DNA of 63,624 bases, counting the filler, from Craspedostauros australis (Eukaryota), in assembly GCA_030167865.1 (NCBI GenBank). It is 13 parts of 13 records of this genome, joined end to end, with 100 filler letters (N's around TTAATTAATTAA, not from the genome) between each part and the next. Parts side by side here need not be neighbours in the genome. Positions count along the whole stretch, not along the records: positions 1 to 7,806 come from JALAGF010000074.1; positions 7,907 to 11,744 come from JALAGF010000077.1; positions 11,845 to 13,091 come from JALAGF010000079.1; 10 more parts are not named here. One strand, given 5' to 3'. Position numbers and translations under genes: made by a program. The notes beneath the pieces were generated by a model, which did not search any database, was not told the DNA's origin, and was given only the letters and a program-made list of their open reading frames with translations. Each line of letters begins with the position of its first letter. Within the stretch, counting starts at the first letter, position 1. Positions 1 through 13,191 of this stretch are shown here, in pieces.

Positions 1-84
1 GCAACAGTGGGCAGCAACAGTGGGCAGCAACAGTGGGCAGCAACAGTGGGCAGCAACAGTGGGCAGCAACAGTGGGCAGCAACA
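1..84. repeat. 13-bp tandem repeat (GCAACAGTGGGCA) x ~6.5, truncated by window start
   Basis: Six exact copies plus a partial copy, followed by CAG/CAA-rich low-complexity sequence to ~250. Confidence 0.95.
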
Positions 85-316
85 CAGTAGGAGCATGAGC
101 AGCAGAAGATGCAGTGGTGGATGCAGCAACAGCACCACAACCCAGCCGCAGTAACACCAGCGGCAGACAGCAACACCAGATGTGGTGGCAATGCAACAAA
201 CAATGATGCCAGCAGCGCCGCAGCCAAGCTGAAGCAGCAACTAGAGCACCATACCACAGCAAATACAGAAATATAGACATTGGATACTCTTTATTGAATT
301 CAGTCCTCTCAGATCT

Positions 317-1790
317 CTAGTTCAGTTTTGTATGGTAGGCCTGCACTGTCTGCGAGGATGTCTTTGATGTTCGTTTTCGTTTCTTGGGTTGTCCTTGTTC
401 TGGTTGTGGTACGATCGATGCAGTTTCCTTTTCTTCTCGAGTTCGACTGCAAGTGCGAACAGTTGATTTGGACTTTGGTGGTAACGGTTTTCTCTTTGTG
501 GTTGGTTTGGTTGGTGGCGATGATGGTGGTGGTTTCAGTGCACTTGTTAGCCGGAGTTTCACCGTTGATTTTCGCGGCGGTGTCGCGTTGGCCGTTGGTA
601 TGGTTGTTGATGTGAGTGCTGGTGGGGGTTTGAATCCGGCGGTTGTCGCCATTTTCTCCCTTGGTCTTGTTCTGTTGAAATTGGCCTGCAGCCACTCATC
701 TGTTGTCTGAAAGCGAAGCAATCAATCATGCTCGACCAATTCTTGCACCACTGTTTCCTGTCCCTCAGCCCCTGTGGCCTGCTTACGAGTGGATGGGTCA
801 TTCAGCTTGTAGCAGTCATCAAGCAATGCTTTCACACCCAACACCAGACCTGCTTTCCTTGTGGATTTGGTGACTGCCCATCCAGCGCACATCTTTGGTG
901 GCGTCGAGGCTGTTCTGGTAGCATTTCCTGGGCGTGTCCACAATACATGACTCTCCGCACCGCTCATGTTGACAGCTGCACAGAACACATTTGGGTTGTT
1001 GTGCATCTCTCCATCTGATTGCTCCTTGGCAACATTAGCCAGGCTCTTTGCCTTGCGCCGCTGTGTTAGTGACTTGGTTGTGAGAGCAGGCCCATCCGAC
1101 TCCTCACCAACCTTGCAGTTGACCATCAGTTCTTGCCCAACAAATCGAACCAAATAGTCCCAGCTGATGATCTCAGGGTCAGTAAGATTCGAAGATGAAT
1201 ACACCTCCACACGACCATCGAACCATTTGAAGTGATGGGTGGCTCTGACTCCGACCTTCTGTGTCCTGAACTTGATGTCATTGATGCCGTTGGATACAAT
1301 CAACCCTTTCAATTCCGATGCATCCACAAACACAGCCGTGGTTCCTGCAATCTCCGCAAAGTTCATTGCCTCGAAGATGCCCAATTCTGTGGTGATCTGG
1401 TTCCCTTCCTTGATGTATGCATTCAGCACATGGGCGATGAAGCTGAAGTGAGTGTCCAGCCGACTCTACCCTATCTGTGCTTCGGTGTACACCCATTCCC
1501 TGATCTTGGGAAGATTCTTATTGTCTGCATGGGCATTCCAGCCAAAGATGAATGTGATCAATTGCTGGCTTGCGAAGCAACTAGCATTGTCACTTTGCAC
1601 CATGATATCCTTCACATTAGGGTATTGTGCAACATTAGGGTATTGGGCATGAATCTGCTCCATCAGGAACGACAAGACATGTCAGGAATCGAGCGTGTGA
1701 CTATGTTGCGATACTCGTAGATTGCCGCACCACCCAATACTATCATGAGGCCGAATATAATCAACTCATGGTGATCACACTTGGACAACC
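317..1790 (-). pseudogene. Degraded DDD transposase, copy A (Sola3-like), C-terminal half only
   Basis: ORFs 1466..1675 and 722..1429 are in one frame, split by a stop: MVQSDNASCFASQQ...WVYTEAQIG*SRLDTHFSF. Motifs match copies B and C. Has an 18-nt internal duplication (AQYPNV x2) and frameshifts near 1670 and 720. Confidence 0.7.
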
Positions 1791-2204
1791 TTGTCCCTGT
1801 CATGAAGCCTGTCCCTATCATGAAGCCTGTCGCTACCAGCTTTTCCATTCTGTTCAGCTCTTGCTTCTCTCTGTCTGTGAAGAACAGTGTGACTGGGACA
1901 CCCTTGAAAGAGTGTCTCAATCGCTTGCGATCTATTGGCACGATCGATTTGTTCCTTTTTGTGATGTTCCAATCCATACTTCGTCCTCCTTCATTATCCA
2001 TTCACATACAGCCTCATGTTCTGGGTTGTGAAGGATAAAACAGGAATGGCGCATGTGCATACATGTTGGCACACCAGTCAACAGCCATGCTCAGAACACT
2101 TCATCATTCCAGTCTTTCTTCATTGCTCATAGTTCACCATGTCTGTGTCTCATCCATCCGCCTTGTGAAATGCAGGGAGGACAGGCTGCAAGAGAATCAG
2201 AAGT

Positions 2205-4735
2205 GTGTCCGTCTTTGATGGATGGACTGGTTCAATATTGCTAGTATGGGAGGTGCGGCAATCACAGGGTAAGTCAACTAAATCGTACCCTCGATTGACG
2301 ACACATACTGCCATAGACAATGAATCTGTTGATACCATCATCGAGGAGGATGCTGTGGTGTATGATGCTGCGATGTATGATGATGACAGTGCAGAGCTCC
2401 TCAACAATGAGATGGCAAGTGATGACAGCCAGGAGGATGGCAGAGATCTTGAGTATGATGAAATGGAACATATGTGGACAACATGGGATGGCAATACAAA
2501 GTCTTGGGAGAAACTGTCCTCCATCATCAGCATGGCCCAACACAACATGCATGGTTTGAGAGACTTCTGCAAACAAGGATACAGCACGATTCCTGGCAAA
2601 CATGAGACACAGAAGTGGTCAATGATCAACAGAGCATGGGAGCGGTTGATCACGATCTCATCGCACATCATCTTTCCCAACAGACCATGTCTGCGCCAAT
2701 TTGCCAATGTGATGAGATTTGTCAGAGATGACAAACGCCTGCCTTAACTCGCCTTGGAAGAAACTGTCTGCCTGATGCTCTTCTTTGGCAATAGAGAGGT
2801 GTCCAAAAATGGCAGGTGCAATCCTCGCGTCAACTTCAACCTGCAAAGACTGTGCTGCCATCCTCACGCACCACTACAAGTGCCTCTCTCCAGAAGATCA
2901 GGCAAAGGTCATCTCCATGCGGACTAAAATGCACAGCTCCAAGCACAAACGGCTGATCCGTGCCACCAGAACAATTCTCAGGAGCGGACCAATTCCTGTT
3001 GGGAAGGCGAGAAGCCGCCTTGGTCGTGAGAAACTGCAGGAGGTAACTTCCTTCCTCGCCTCTGTCACAAATTTCAAGCCAGGCAGATCGTGCAAGGTGA
3101 AGCTCCATGGCGTGGTGTACGATGGTTTGCCTATCTTCCTCCGCGGCAACCAGACTGTCAGACAGCTATTTCGCCAATACAAGCAGACAGCAACAAAACT
3201 GGTGGGATTCAACACGTTCCACAAGGTCTTGCCCTCCTCACCAAACATGGCAACTGCAAAACAGGTCTTTCATCCTACTATGTGGATATTTTGGAAATGT
3301 CCATCAAGTTTACCGATATGCTCATGCGAATCATCGAAATGCTGGGCACAGATGATGCCACCAAGGATCTGCGCAAAGAGGCACTCGAAATTGGCGAAGA
3401 GTGGAACGAAGTCTTCACCTTGTCAAATGGGAGTACACACCTTCTCATGTGCACATCCAACGTGAGGACGACCACCTCCACTCAGCACAATTTGCTCTCA
3501 CCACCGGCGAATGTGACGCCCAACAGGAAGGCTGTGCACGTTGTGCGCATGCAATGATGTTCTTCTCCTTCCGTGTCACGGACTACCTTGAACGCACCAA
3601 GGCTCACATCCACAACCAACAGGACCAAGCAGAGTTCAACACCATGTTTGGGGCTGTGTCTCTGTGTGATAAGCAGCTTGGTGTGTACATGTCACACAAG
3701 GTGAGGGCAATGGTGCAATTCGAGCAAATCCGAAAGGAGAAGGAATCACTTATCAATGAAGAAGACAAAATGATCATTGTGCTTGATCACAAGCAGAAGA
3801 TATTGCCCATCTGCAGCAAAGAATGTCAATCAGCATATTTTGCCAAAAAGGGAATGTCACTTCTGGGTGTGATGACCATTACTTATGAAGGAGGTGAGTA
3901 CCACTATCGCTTTGTGGACATGCTGATAAAAAACTACCATGCACAAGATCAAGTGCAGGTTGCAGGACTTCTCAAGCTACTTATGGCAGACATCTTTCCT
4001 GTCATGCATCCGGACAAGAAAAAACGTCATCCAGAGTGACAACGCAAGCTGCTTTGACAGCCCATCATTGATGCACTACATTTATGGGCTGAACCGAGGA
4101 GAACATGATGTGAAATTCAACCCCGAAGGCACCGCGGAAGAAAAGGCCCAATCATACACCGATGCAAAAATGGAGATCAACAACATCACCACCCATCCTG
4201 ATGCCTCCTGCAGGACAAGGCAATGAATAAGCCACCCAACCACCCAATCCACGCCCAAGATTGCCAAGTGCATCTACACTGAAGCACAGACTGGAAAGGG
4301 GCTCCTTGATGCACATTTCAGCTACACCAATGGCAGGCTCATATGGTACATTGATGGGGCCAAAATGGTAAGGAACAAACAGAAGAGGATGTTTTCCATG
4401 TGCTTGTGGAAGGGGAAAACTTATTGGCACCGCTCTTGTTTCCAGTCAACGAGAAGCGAAAATCGACCTTCTCCACCACGATTAAGCTCCGGACAAGAGC
4501 AACCCACCAGGTGGACATCCTTGACAATTGTGTACATGTCACAGCATCATCCGGAGTGTCCAAACCAGAAGTTGTTGCACACACACAGCTTGATCTGTAC
4601 TACATGCAGGACCTTGACATCTGCTTGTTGGAAGGGGAAGTGAAACCAGTCACTGCGGCGTTCACATCCAAACCACAACCAAAGCAAACCGCTCAAGCAA
4701 CGGCGAACGCGAAAAAAGAAACGCGAGCAAACTGA
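2205..4735 (+). pseudogene. Degraded DDD transposase, copy B (Sola3-like)
   Basis: Chain of frameshifted ORFs carrying FKPG..KLHG..LPIF, HKVRAMVQF, IVLDHKQKILP..E.Q..YFAKKGMSLLG, VIQSDNASCF (~4026-4055) and IYTEAQTGKGLLDAHFSY (~4272-4326). Confidence 0.75.
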
Positions 4736-4976
4736 TGTCAACTGGTGTCACACTGGGAGGCACGATGTGGTATGTACTGCACGAATGTAGATAGAAAACA
4801 CTGTGGATATGTATGATAAGGTACAGCAGTGAAGCAAAATGAGACACCTGGAGTGTATGAGACAAAACAAAAAGAAGTAGGGGAAAGAAATCATGTACAC
4901 AAGGAGGAACATTGGGTGGTACTGTGGATTATACTTGCTATCTAAATTGGAATTGAAGGAGATGAAGAGAGTGATC

Positions 4977-7581
4977 TCAGAGTTCTAAAAACGGTACAAT
5001 CAAATGACAGTTAGATCTACGTTGACTACATCCCGGATTTTCCATATGTATGGATTGCGCCCGTGTCCCGCTGGTGAAGGCCTCACAAGTAGGATGAAGC
5101 AGGATGGCATCCATTTCGTATGTTGCTTGCATCCAGAAGGGAGGCAACCGAAGATCGCACGGGAAAGTCGCACATATTTTGAAACGCCTCTTGTTCCGTT
5201 GTTGCCTTGTGACCCGACCTGACCCGACCCGACCTGACCGCCTTGCGTAGTTACCAACATACAAAGTGGAAATGTGTATTGATTGGGCACTTGCCAGTTT
5301 GAGCTTCAGTATTCACCCATTGCATGATTTTTGGTAGATTCGCCATTGCCTCTTGGTTCTGCATGTGGTAGATGAATGGGACAAGTTGTTGACTTGCAAA
5401 GCAGCTCGCATTGTCACTCTTGATGACAAGGGTTTTGGCGCCCGGATGCATCTCCTGTACAAGCCCTGGCAAAATGGTCAACACCGCCGCCACCATCCTG
5501 TGGTCTTGAGCTTTGTGACCTTTGACCAGGAGGTCAATGAAACGATGGTGACAGTCACCTTCTTTGGAAACTGTGGTCATGACACCAAGCAGCGACATGC
5601 CATTCTTCCCGAAGAAATCCTGTTGTGACTCCAATCGCTCTGAAGGTAAGATCTTCTGTTTGAAGTCAACGATGCAAAGGACCTTGCCTTCCTCCAGCTT
5701 CAGACTCTCTCTGATCTCGCGAAGCTTGATGAATTGCACCTCGGCCCAGATCTTGTGAGCCATGAATGACTGCAAGTAAAGTTGCAATTCGTCCATGGCG
5801 TTCACCATGGTTGCTAGTTCTTGTTCGTATGCTGTGCCCTTCATTTTGTTCAGGATGGCAAAGATGCTAGGCTTCACAATGCAAGGAAGGAATGCCATGG
5901 TATTTCCACATTTATCACAAGATCCCTCCCAAGTGGAACACTTATCTTTCTCAAGAGCAAATGAAGTGCAGTGGAATGTGTCTTCAGAGCACATCTTCTG
6001 CATATGCAAGAAACCATACTCCCACTGCACAAACACTGAGATTGTGTGCCATTGCTTGAGCACTTCATTGCAAGTCACAGGAGACAGCAATATTGGCGGT
6101 GGGGGTGGAGGCTTTGGAACCTCATCAGGATTCACCTTGGCAGCCACCGGAACGTTGTCTGGATTCAGCTTGCTGGGCGTTGGGATGCTGCTGAGTCGAT
6201 GGAGTATGTCTTTGAATATCTCCGATGGGCTGTAAAAGTCCACATAGTAGGGCAAGAGGCCAGCATGACATTGGCTTTTCTGGGTGAGCGATTTGACCAA
6301 TTTGTAGAAGGTTGGCCTCCCAACACCATCAATGGTGGACTTTTGGTACTCCTGGAAGAATTCGTGGATGCTCCAAGCACCCAGCCCGAACACAGGAAGA
6401 TTGGGGAAGTCCTTTCCCCGGAGCTTGATGGACCAGCACAACCCAGGCTTGAAGTGAGTGTTGTGGGTGATGAACTGAACGACATTGTCCAGCTTTGCTG
6501 AAGCAATCTGGAAGCTGTTCTTCCTTGTGGGGAAATCCTTTCCAGCAGCAAGAACAGCATTGATCTTCTTCAGTTTGCGATGAGTATGATCTGTTGTGTC
6601 CCACTGTTGTGCATGATGGTTGTGGGGGATGGGTGGTGAAATTGTGTGACTGCAGGCTTTCAGGAATGTATTTCTCTCCTTGACAGACTTGGCTGCTTCC
6701 AACACATACTTGGAGCATTGAGAGGTTTGATATCTTGCGTTGAAGCATTGGGAAGCACAATTCTTGGCCGTCTGGACAGGATATATGGGCAGTGCCTCTT
6801 GGTAACAGTCAAAAGCATCCCTGAAGTCGACAGGAGCAACTTGATGCGAGACCAGAGTCTTCGATACAAAGTCATGAGCATCCATTTGAATGCCATGGTA
6901 GGTTCTCCAGGCACGAGGTTGAGTTTTGTCTGGGATGTGATGCCAACCATGTGGCGGAAAGTTGCGAAGTTTGGATGGATCTCTCTTCATGACGCAGTAC
7001 ATCTCCATGAGAACATCACTGGTTGTAGGAGTGGATGGAGTGGCTGCAACGGGCACACTAGAATTGTTGATTGATTCTATCTCACTGCCACTGTCATTGG
7101 GTAGTTCGAAAGCAGGATTGGATCTATCATCGTTGCTGGTGCTGGTGTCATCGCCTGGCAGATCATTGGCACTTTTATCGCCATGAAGTGCCATGTGGTG
7201 GGCGATGGGCATGGTCTCTGGGAAACGGACAGCACAATGCATGTCGTTGGAGAGAGGCTGGAGTCGATTGTGGTGGACAAAAACATTCAAGGAAGACTCC
7301 AGCAATGTACTTGGGATCAAGATATCAGCATAGCCCATTTGGTTGGGAGGGTGAGGCTGGTTGAAGTTTGGAGTATGCAATTGGCAAGCACACAGATAGT
7401 TTGCCACTGGACCCTCTGACTTGGTGCTGTTATAATTGAGTGTGGCGTTTTGGTTCATGTGGAGGATGCTCCAGGCATGACATCTGTGGATCGAGGAGCC
7501 ACCAAATTGGTAGCTGCGAAGATAGTCAATGATGTGATGGTTCATTGGTGAACCACCATTGACAGCAGCACCACTGTGCAT
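4977..7581 (-). pseudogene. Degraded DDD transposase, copy C (Sola3-like)
   Basis: 776-aa ORF with IVDFKQKILPSERLESQQDFFGKNGMSLLG, KSDNASCFAS and TEAQTGKCPINTHF (third Asp replaced by Asn), then a frameshift and a GACCY micro-repeat at ~5211-5240. Confidence 0.75.
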
Positions 7582-7806
7582 TCTCTGTTGTGGGGGGCGG
7601 TCTTGATCAGAGCTGGCAGAATGGCAGTGGCGAACTGGGGGCTGTTTGCTTCATCCTCATTCCCAGGCCTTTGAGGTGTTGTTGCCAGTGATTGCTGGTG
7701 CCCATCAATTGGCAGAGGCTTCGAGCTTGTCATGGTTGGAAATGCTGGTGGGTTGCTCTTTTTGGCAGGCTATGATGCACAACAATAGAGTGAAGCTGGT
7801 TGTGGT

Positions 7807-7906
7807 NNNNNNNNNNNNNNNNNNNNNNNNNNNNNNNNNNNNNNNNNNNNTTAATTAATTAANNNNNNNNNNNNNNNNNNNNNNNNNNNNNNNNNNNNNN
7901 NNNNNN
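7807..7906. other. Artificial contig linker (44N-TTAATTAATTAA-44N); first of 12
   Basis: Identical 100-bp linkers with stops in all six frames start at 7807, 11745, 13092, 14966, 16180, 17859, 26457, 32003, 33140, 34402, 60544 and 62049. Confidence 0.99.
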
Positions 7907-9377
7907 GCTCCAGAGTTGCCTCCGGCTCCGACGATTCCAGAGATGGATCCTGTGGCCGGTGGGTCGACGTATGGGACGATACCGTATGTGGATCCCTCGG
8001 CGGCCTGGACGAACAGAGAGAAGAAGACCATGACGGCGATGGCACCTCCGAGAGTTCCAGTGTTGGCGAAGACCAGCACAAGAGCTCCCTCGCAGAACAG
8101 GAGGATGGTCTGGACCCAGATGCGTCCGCGCATTCCGATGCTGGCGTTGGCCTTGTCACTGAGGAAGCCTCCGACTCCGCGAGCGAACAGGTTCATCCAC
8201 CCGAAGATGGAGGCGATGGCGGCGGCAGATTCGGTGGACTGGTCGAACTCATCCTTGAAGTAGAGAGCGGCGGCGTTGTTCATGGTCAGCTCGACTCCGA
8301 AGCAGCATGCGTACTGGACGAACAGCACCCAAGTGTTGAAGTTGGTGGCTCCGCTGCGGAAGGAGGCGGCGGCGCTCACCTCGGCCATGACTCCGTGTGC
8401 CTTCATCTCGCTGTAGTTACCCTTGGGGGCATCATCGCTGATCAAGTAGATGGCGGCACCGGAAGCGAAGGCGACGATGGCTGGGACGACGGAGACCGTT
8501 CTCCAGGCCTGCTCGGAGTCTCCGTTGAAGATCTCCTTGAAGAGAGGGAAGAGGGCGGATCCCATGACGAGTTGGGTGACACCTCCTCCGAGGTTACCCC
8601 ACCCTCCGCAGAGGGCGTTGGCGGTTCCGACGACTTCTCTGGTGAACATGCGGCTGGCCCAGTACTGGCACATGACGAAGGTACCTCCAGCGACTCCGAT
8701 GAAGAGACGGAGGACGGCGAGTCCTGTGGCGGTCTGGACGAATCCTGTGCAGGCTGTTGGGACAGAGGCGAAGCAGAGGACGATGGCGAAGAGGATGCGG
8801 GCACCGAACTTGTCGCATCCTGGTCCGAGGACGAAGCGCATGAAGATGGTTCCTCCGACACCGACGATGCTGGATGTCCACACTTCTTCCTTGCTCAGGC
8901 CGAGGTCGTCACGGATCTCACTGAGGAGTGGGGCGATGGCGAACCAGATGAAGAAGGCGATGAAGAAGCCCCACCACGAGCAGTGGAATGCTCGCATGTG
9001 TGGGCGGGCGAAGCTGCAGAGCTTGATCTCTGAGGCCTTGTCATCTTGGTCCGGATCGACGTTGATGGCGTAGGTGGAGTATTTCTTCCACTCGCCCTGT
9101 TGTTGGAGATGGAGATGGTGTGGGTGGATGGTGTGCATGCATGCATGGACGGATAGGAATGCAGAAGATGAGGTGAGGGAATGTCATCAGCGGATATTTG
9201 CAGGTGCAGTCGCAGTTGCAGTACGAGTAGAGAAATACAGTAGATGGTCGAGCATCAGGCGCCGCACACGTTGTCGCTTTGATCCAATCCAATCCAGTAC
9301 TGGCTCATTCATTCATTCACTTTGTTGACCCCTTGCTTCATTAAACTTACGGCAGCTCCTGAGTCAACTTCGGTCAT
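7907..9377 (-). CDS. NRT2: High-affinity nitrate transporter NRT2 (MFS/NNP family), 3'-truncated at contig edge; exons 9377..9351 and 9096..<7907
   Basis: FARPHMRAFH, FVMCQYW, ANALCGGWGNLGGG nitrate signature, CFGVELT, NLFARGVGG, AEGSTYGIVP and GIVGAGGN. The 27-nt exon 1 (MTEVDSGAA) is joined in phase by a GTAAGT..CAG intron at 9350..9097. Confidence 0.96.
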
Positions 9378-11844
9378 CTTGAATGTGTTTGAATTGAATT
9401 GATAGTTTGGTTTGGTTTGATGTTCAAAGCAACTTGTGTTGTTGTTGTCACGAGATGAGGATGTGGATTGAAGCTGGTCAATCGAATTTTATGAGAGTTG
9501 GAGACGAAGATGAAGATGGCAGCATCATGAGCTGTGTGTGTTGTGTGTGAGCTGTGTGAGTTGGGCGAGGACTTTTTTTAATTTCAAATGTGGTCGGGTG
9601 TCGCGTGTGATTGCTTGTGTGATCTGATGATGTTGATGTTGATGTCGACAGTGGTGGTGGCAACAGGTGTGGCAGAAGATGCGGCGACGTGTGACGATGG
9701 AGGTGTTGGTTCTGCAGATCTTGTGGGAACAAGGAGAAGGGTTGGAAGGAAAGATTTGCCCGAGGTTCCGGAAGAAATCGTTTCATTGTCCGTAAGTGAA
9801 GATGGGAGTTTGGATGTCGTGAGGGACACGGATCGATAAGAAGGGAGAGTTTGTCGAACCGTGATCATGTTCGTGTTCGGAAGGTGCTGTTCCGACATCA
9901 CACAACAGCAAAGTGAGAATATTCGTTCTCCACTCGCAGTATACAGGTACTCACGAAGGACGGACCAATCGTGACACCAGAAACTTGAACACAGTATTAG
10001 GTACAAGCAACCGTGTGCGTCCAACATCACAACCTCAACTTCTCATCCAGCAACAGCACTTTGTAGTTGTGTGATGGAGGAACTCGACTCTCACTTGATT
10101 GTCGGAGGTTGAGGTTGAGTTGGAAGAGGATGTTGAGGTGGACCCAAGAGAGAGTGGAGAAGCCACATGAAGAGGAAGAGAACGAAGAGGAGAACGATGA
10201 CAACAACGATCAAAGTTAGAAGGGTCAAAGTGTGCTGGACGAAAGAGAAACAAACGACGTGGAGCAAATTGACGGTTGCCGCACAACTTGTGCACACAGG
10301 CATGTGCGGAAGACAAGAAGAGAAAGCAGAAGAGAATGAGAGAGAGAGAGAGAGACGAACTGGCAACACACAACACGCAAAACACAGTTCCCAACATCAA
10401 GAGGGATGGATCTGAGACGTTGACACCACGTGTCTGTGTCATGATTGGGATGAAAACACTTGCCAACACCAACCTCACCGCGATCGGACGAGGAATTCCT
10501 GCAAAAGGTATCTTTTTGGTGGTTCACATCATTCAACTTCCTGGAGGAGCGAGAGACTATTTTCCACACGAGCTATGACAGCACAGAATACGAAGCAGCG
10601 CGACCAATTGTAAAACCAACGAGTACATGGCAGCATGGTATGGACGAGTACTCCGTTTGCGAGACGCATGGACTCGATCAGCAATGAAAGGAGGAAAGGA
10701 GCAAAGGAACAGATCCCAGCTCAAGTCCTCAGCACACTAAACATGGTGGAAGCGGCATTCGCAGATCAAGCATGCATGGTATTGTGCTGCAAAAACAATC
10801 GCTCTATATATAATGCTCTCTATCGAGGGAGAGACAGAGAGTAAGTGATTGTGCTTGTCTCGCAACCATTCCATTGGGCATGACGCATGCTTCGTGGCAG
10901 CATCCGGCTTTGTGCTCAAGAGGTGAGCGGTTGAGGAATGAGGCACTTGAAGAGACACACAACCTGTGTCCCGAAGAGAGCACAGCAGGATGCTGGAGTA
11001 GAATGGTAGAGTTGAGCACCATGGTCTCTGGAGAGTACGAGTACGATGCTTGTACGTACTAATATGATTGCACATCACACTTTGCTCTTGTACTGATGTA
11101 CACAGGCCACATCATGTCGCAGTTGTCCTCTGCAATTGTTGTCCTCCACAGTTGTGAATGTGTGTGCCATGTGACCATACTTGCAAAGGCATGGAGTGTT
11201 GATGTTGCGTCTGAAAGACAAAGAGACTGATGCAGAGTAGAGTGGTCGATCTGTGGAGCTTGCAGAGCCTGTCGGGTTCGTTCATTGATGCACCGCAATT
11301 GATGGCGGTGGCGACCACGTCATGGAGTGGGAGCTGTCGTGCCGATGGTTGTTGTGGATCGAAGGTGCGACAATGAGGTGATGGATCAGCTGGACCATCC
11401 GGAATCGGACGAGGACGAGTAGAGTGAAAACGTGTATTGACTGCAGCGCTTCCGCCAACGCATCATGTAAGGTTGGTGTGTCGCACGTTTTCGCACCAGT
11501 AAAGCAATCCTTTCGATACCACCATCGTAGATCGAAGGATAGAGAGAGTGCTCTGCTCGGGATGAGACCAGAACAGACCAGAACAAGAAGCATCTTGCGA
11601 TCCCTTGCGTGTTCGTGCGTTGTCAATGGGGTGGATCCTCTCTTGGCGAGATCCAAAGATACCTTTTTGCAGACACCAACGTCACCAACACTGATGACGC
11701 TGATGTGGTGCGGAGGTTTGTCTGCGCTCTTGTTTTTGGTGTCANNNNNNNNNNNNNNNNNNNNNNNNNNNNNNNNNNNNNNNNNNNNTTAATTAATTAA
11801 NNNNNNNNNNNNNNNNNNNNNNNNNNNNNNNNNNNNNNNNNNNN

Positions 11845-13091
11845 ATTCTTCTCCACGGTCCCATCCATTTGACACCACAAGTGCTTCCAGCTCTTTGCAC
11901 ACGGCGAATCCAAATTCATCTGGGCAAAGCCGCTCCGACGAGAGGCGATGGCGCCAAGGGCGCTCACCGATTTCATTGTGCAGGTCAGGGCACCTGACCT
12001 ACTCTTCTTGGACTACTCACAGGTCCAAGCCGTCAAAGAATGGAAGGCTGTGGCGATGCGGTACATGATCGAGCACTCCTTCACTGCTCCCATGAATCAG
12101 AATCAGAACCGAGCGGAGCGGCCGATCGGCGACATCAAGCGACATGCATACAAATTGCTTTGGGCGGAGTCCGTGCCACTCACCTTCTGGTGCTACACGG
12201 TACAACACGCCATCGATGTATGGAACTACATGGCAAACGAGAGCATTCAATGGAAGAATTCCATTGAACTGCTCCACAGGAACACTCTGGACATCTCCAT
12301 GTTCAGGTTCACGTTCTTTCAACAGGTCTGGTATTTCGTGCCAATGACCAAGTTTCCACATCACCCATTCAAACCAGGATACTTCTTGGGAATCGCTTGG
12401 GACCACAGAGACCCTTTCACATACAACATATGGTTGCCACGGGGCGACGACGAAACCAATGGCACTGCCCTGGTACAGAACATTGTGGAACCACGAATCG
12501 TGGAAGACGCAAGCGCTCCGCAAATCACCGACAAGGAAGTTCAGTGCATTGCACGCCTCGATCTCATACACACTACTACCAGAGGCAACTTGGGGCCACA
12601 AGCACGCACCAAGACGATGCCAGCACAGCTCGCTCGACAGGTCCGTGAGGCCATTGACGCGAGTACTGTGCGGTTGGGGGCGGCTGCTCGCATTCCTGAG
12701 GAGGAACCACTGGAGGTCAGGGGCGTCGTGGTCAACGACAATGCTATTCCGCATGACAACTGATGGTTCGGTCAGCAGAACGTCATCATTGATGACAACA
12801 ACAACCGCAACAACGGGCCTACGAGCATGATATCCGACGGCAAAGGGAAGACAAGCTCTCAACTGTAGACATCTAAAGAGAATCTGATGACTATGAAGCA
12901 GTGAGGATTCCAGATCCTCCCCAGCAGCGGATTCAGGGGCGTATCGACACTCTGGCTGAGCGCGAGCATGACGAGATGTTCCAAAATCAGATTACAAAAG
13001 AAGACACGAACGAACCAGCAATTACATCCATCGCAGGCCACTCATTCCAAGACTGACATCTCCATCTCAATGTGAAATGGGACAACAATGA
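11845..13091 (+). mobile_element. Decayed Ty1/copia (CoDi-like) pol fragment, integrase core, variant 1
   Basis: NQNRAERPIGDIKR, FWCYTVQHAIDVWN, DISMFRFTFFQQVWY and GYFLGIAWD; stops and frameshifts downstream. Confidence 0.85.
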
Positions 13092-13191
13092 NNNNNNNNN
13101 NNNNNNNNNNNNNNNNNNNNNNNNNNNNNNNNNNNTTAATTAATTAANNNNNNNNNNNNNNNNNNNNNNNNNNNNNNNNNNNNNNNNNNNN

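Noticed and set aside
1..84. CRISPR-like or telomeric interpretation of short repeats (also 35085-35140, 60771-61953)
   Set aside because: No unique spacers of 25-45 bp, no cas genes, eukaryotic context, and the units do not resemble TTAGGG-type telomeres.
8395..9073. Long antisense/alternate-frame ORFs over NRT2 (similarly 23892..24932, 37876..39114, 49504..50586, 57625..58686)
   Set aside because: Shadow ORFs produced by GC3-rich codon usage of the real gene; no recognisable motifs.
10460..10687. Short ORF with FLQKVSFWWF resembling an ABCC transporter N-terminal motif
   Set aside because: Only 75 aa with no downstream TM or ABC domains; likely chance in the NRT2 upstream region.
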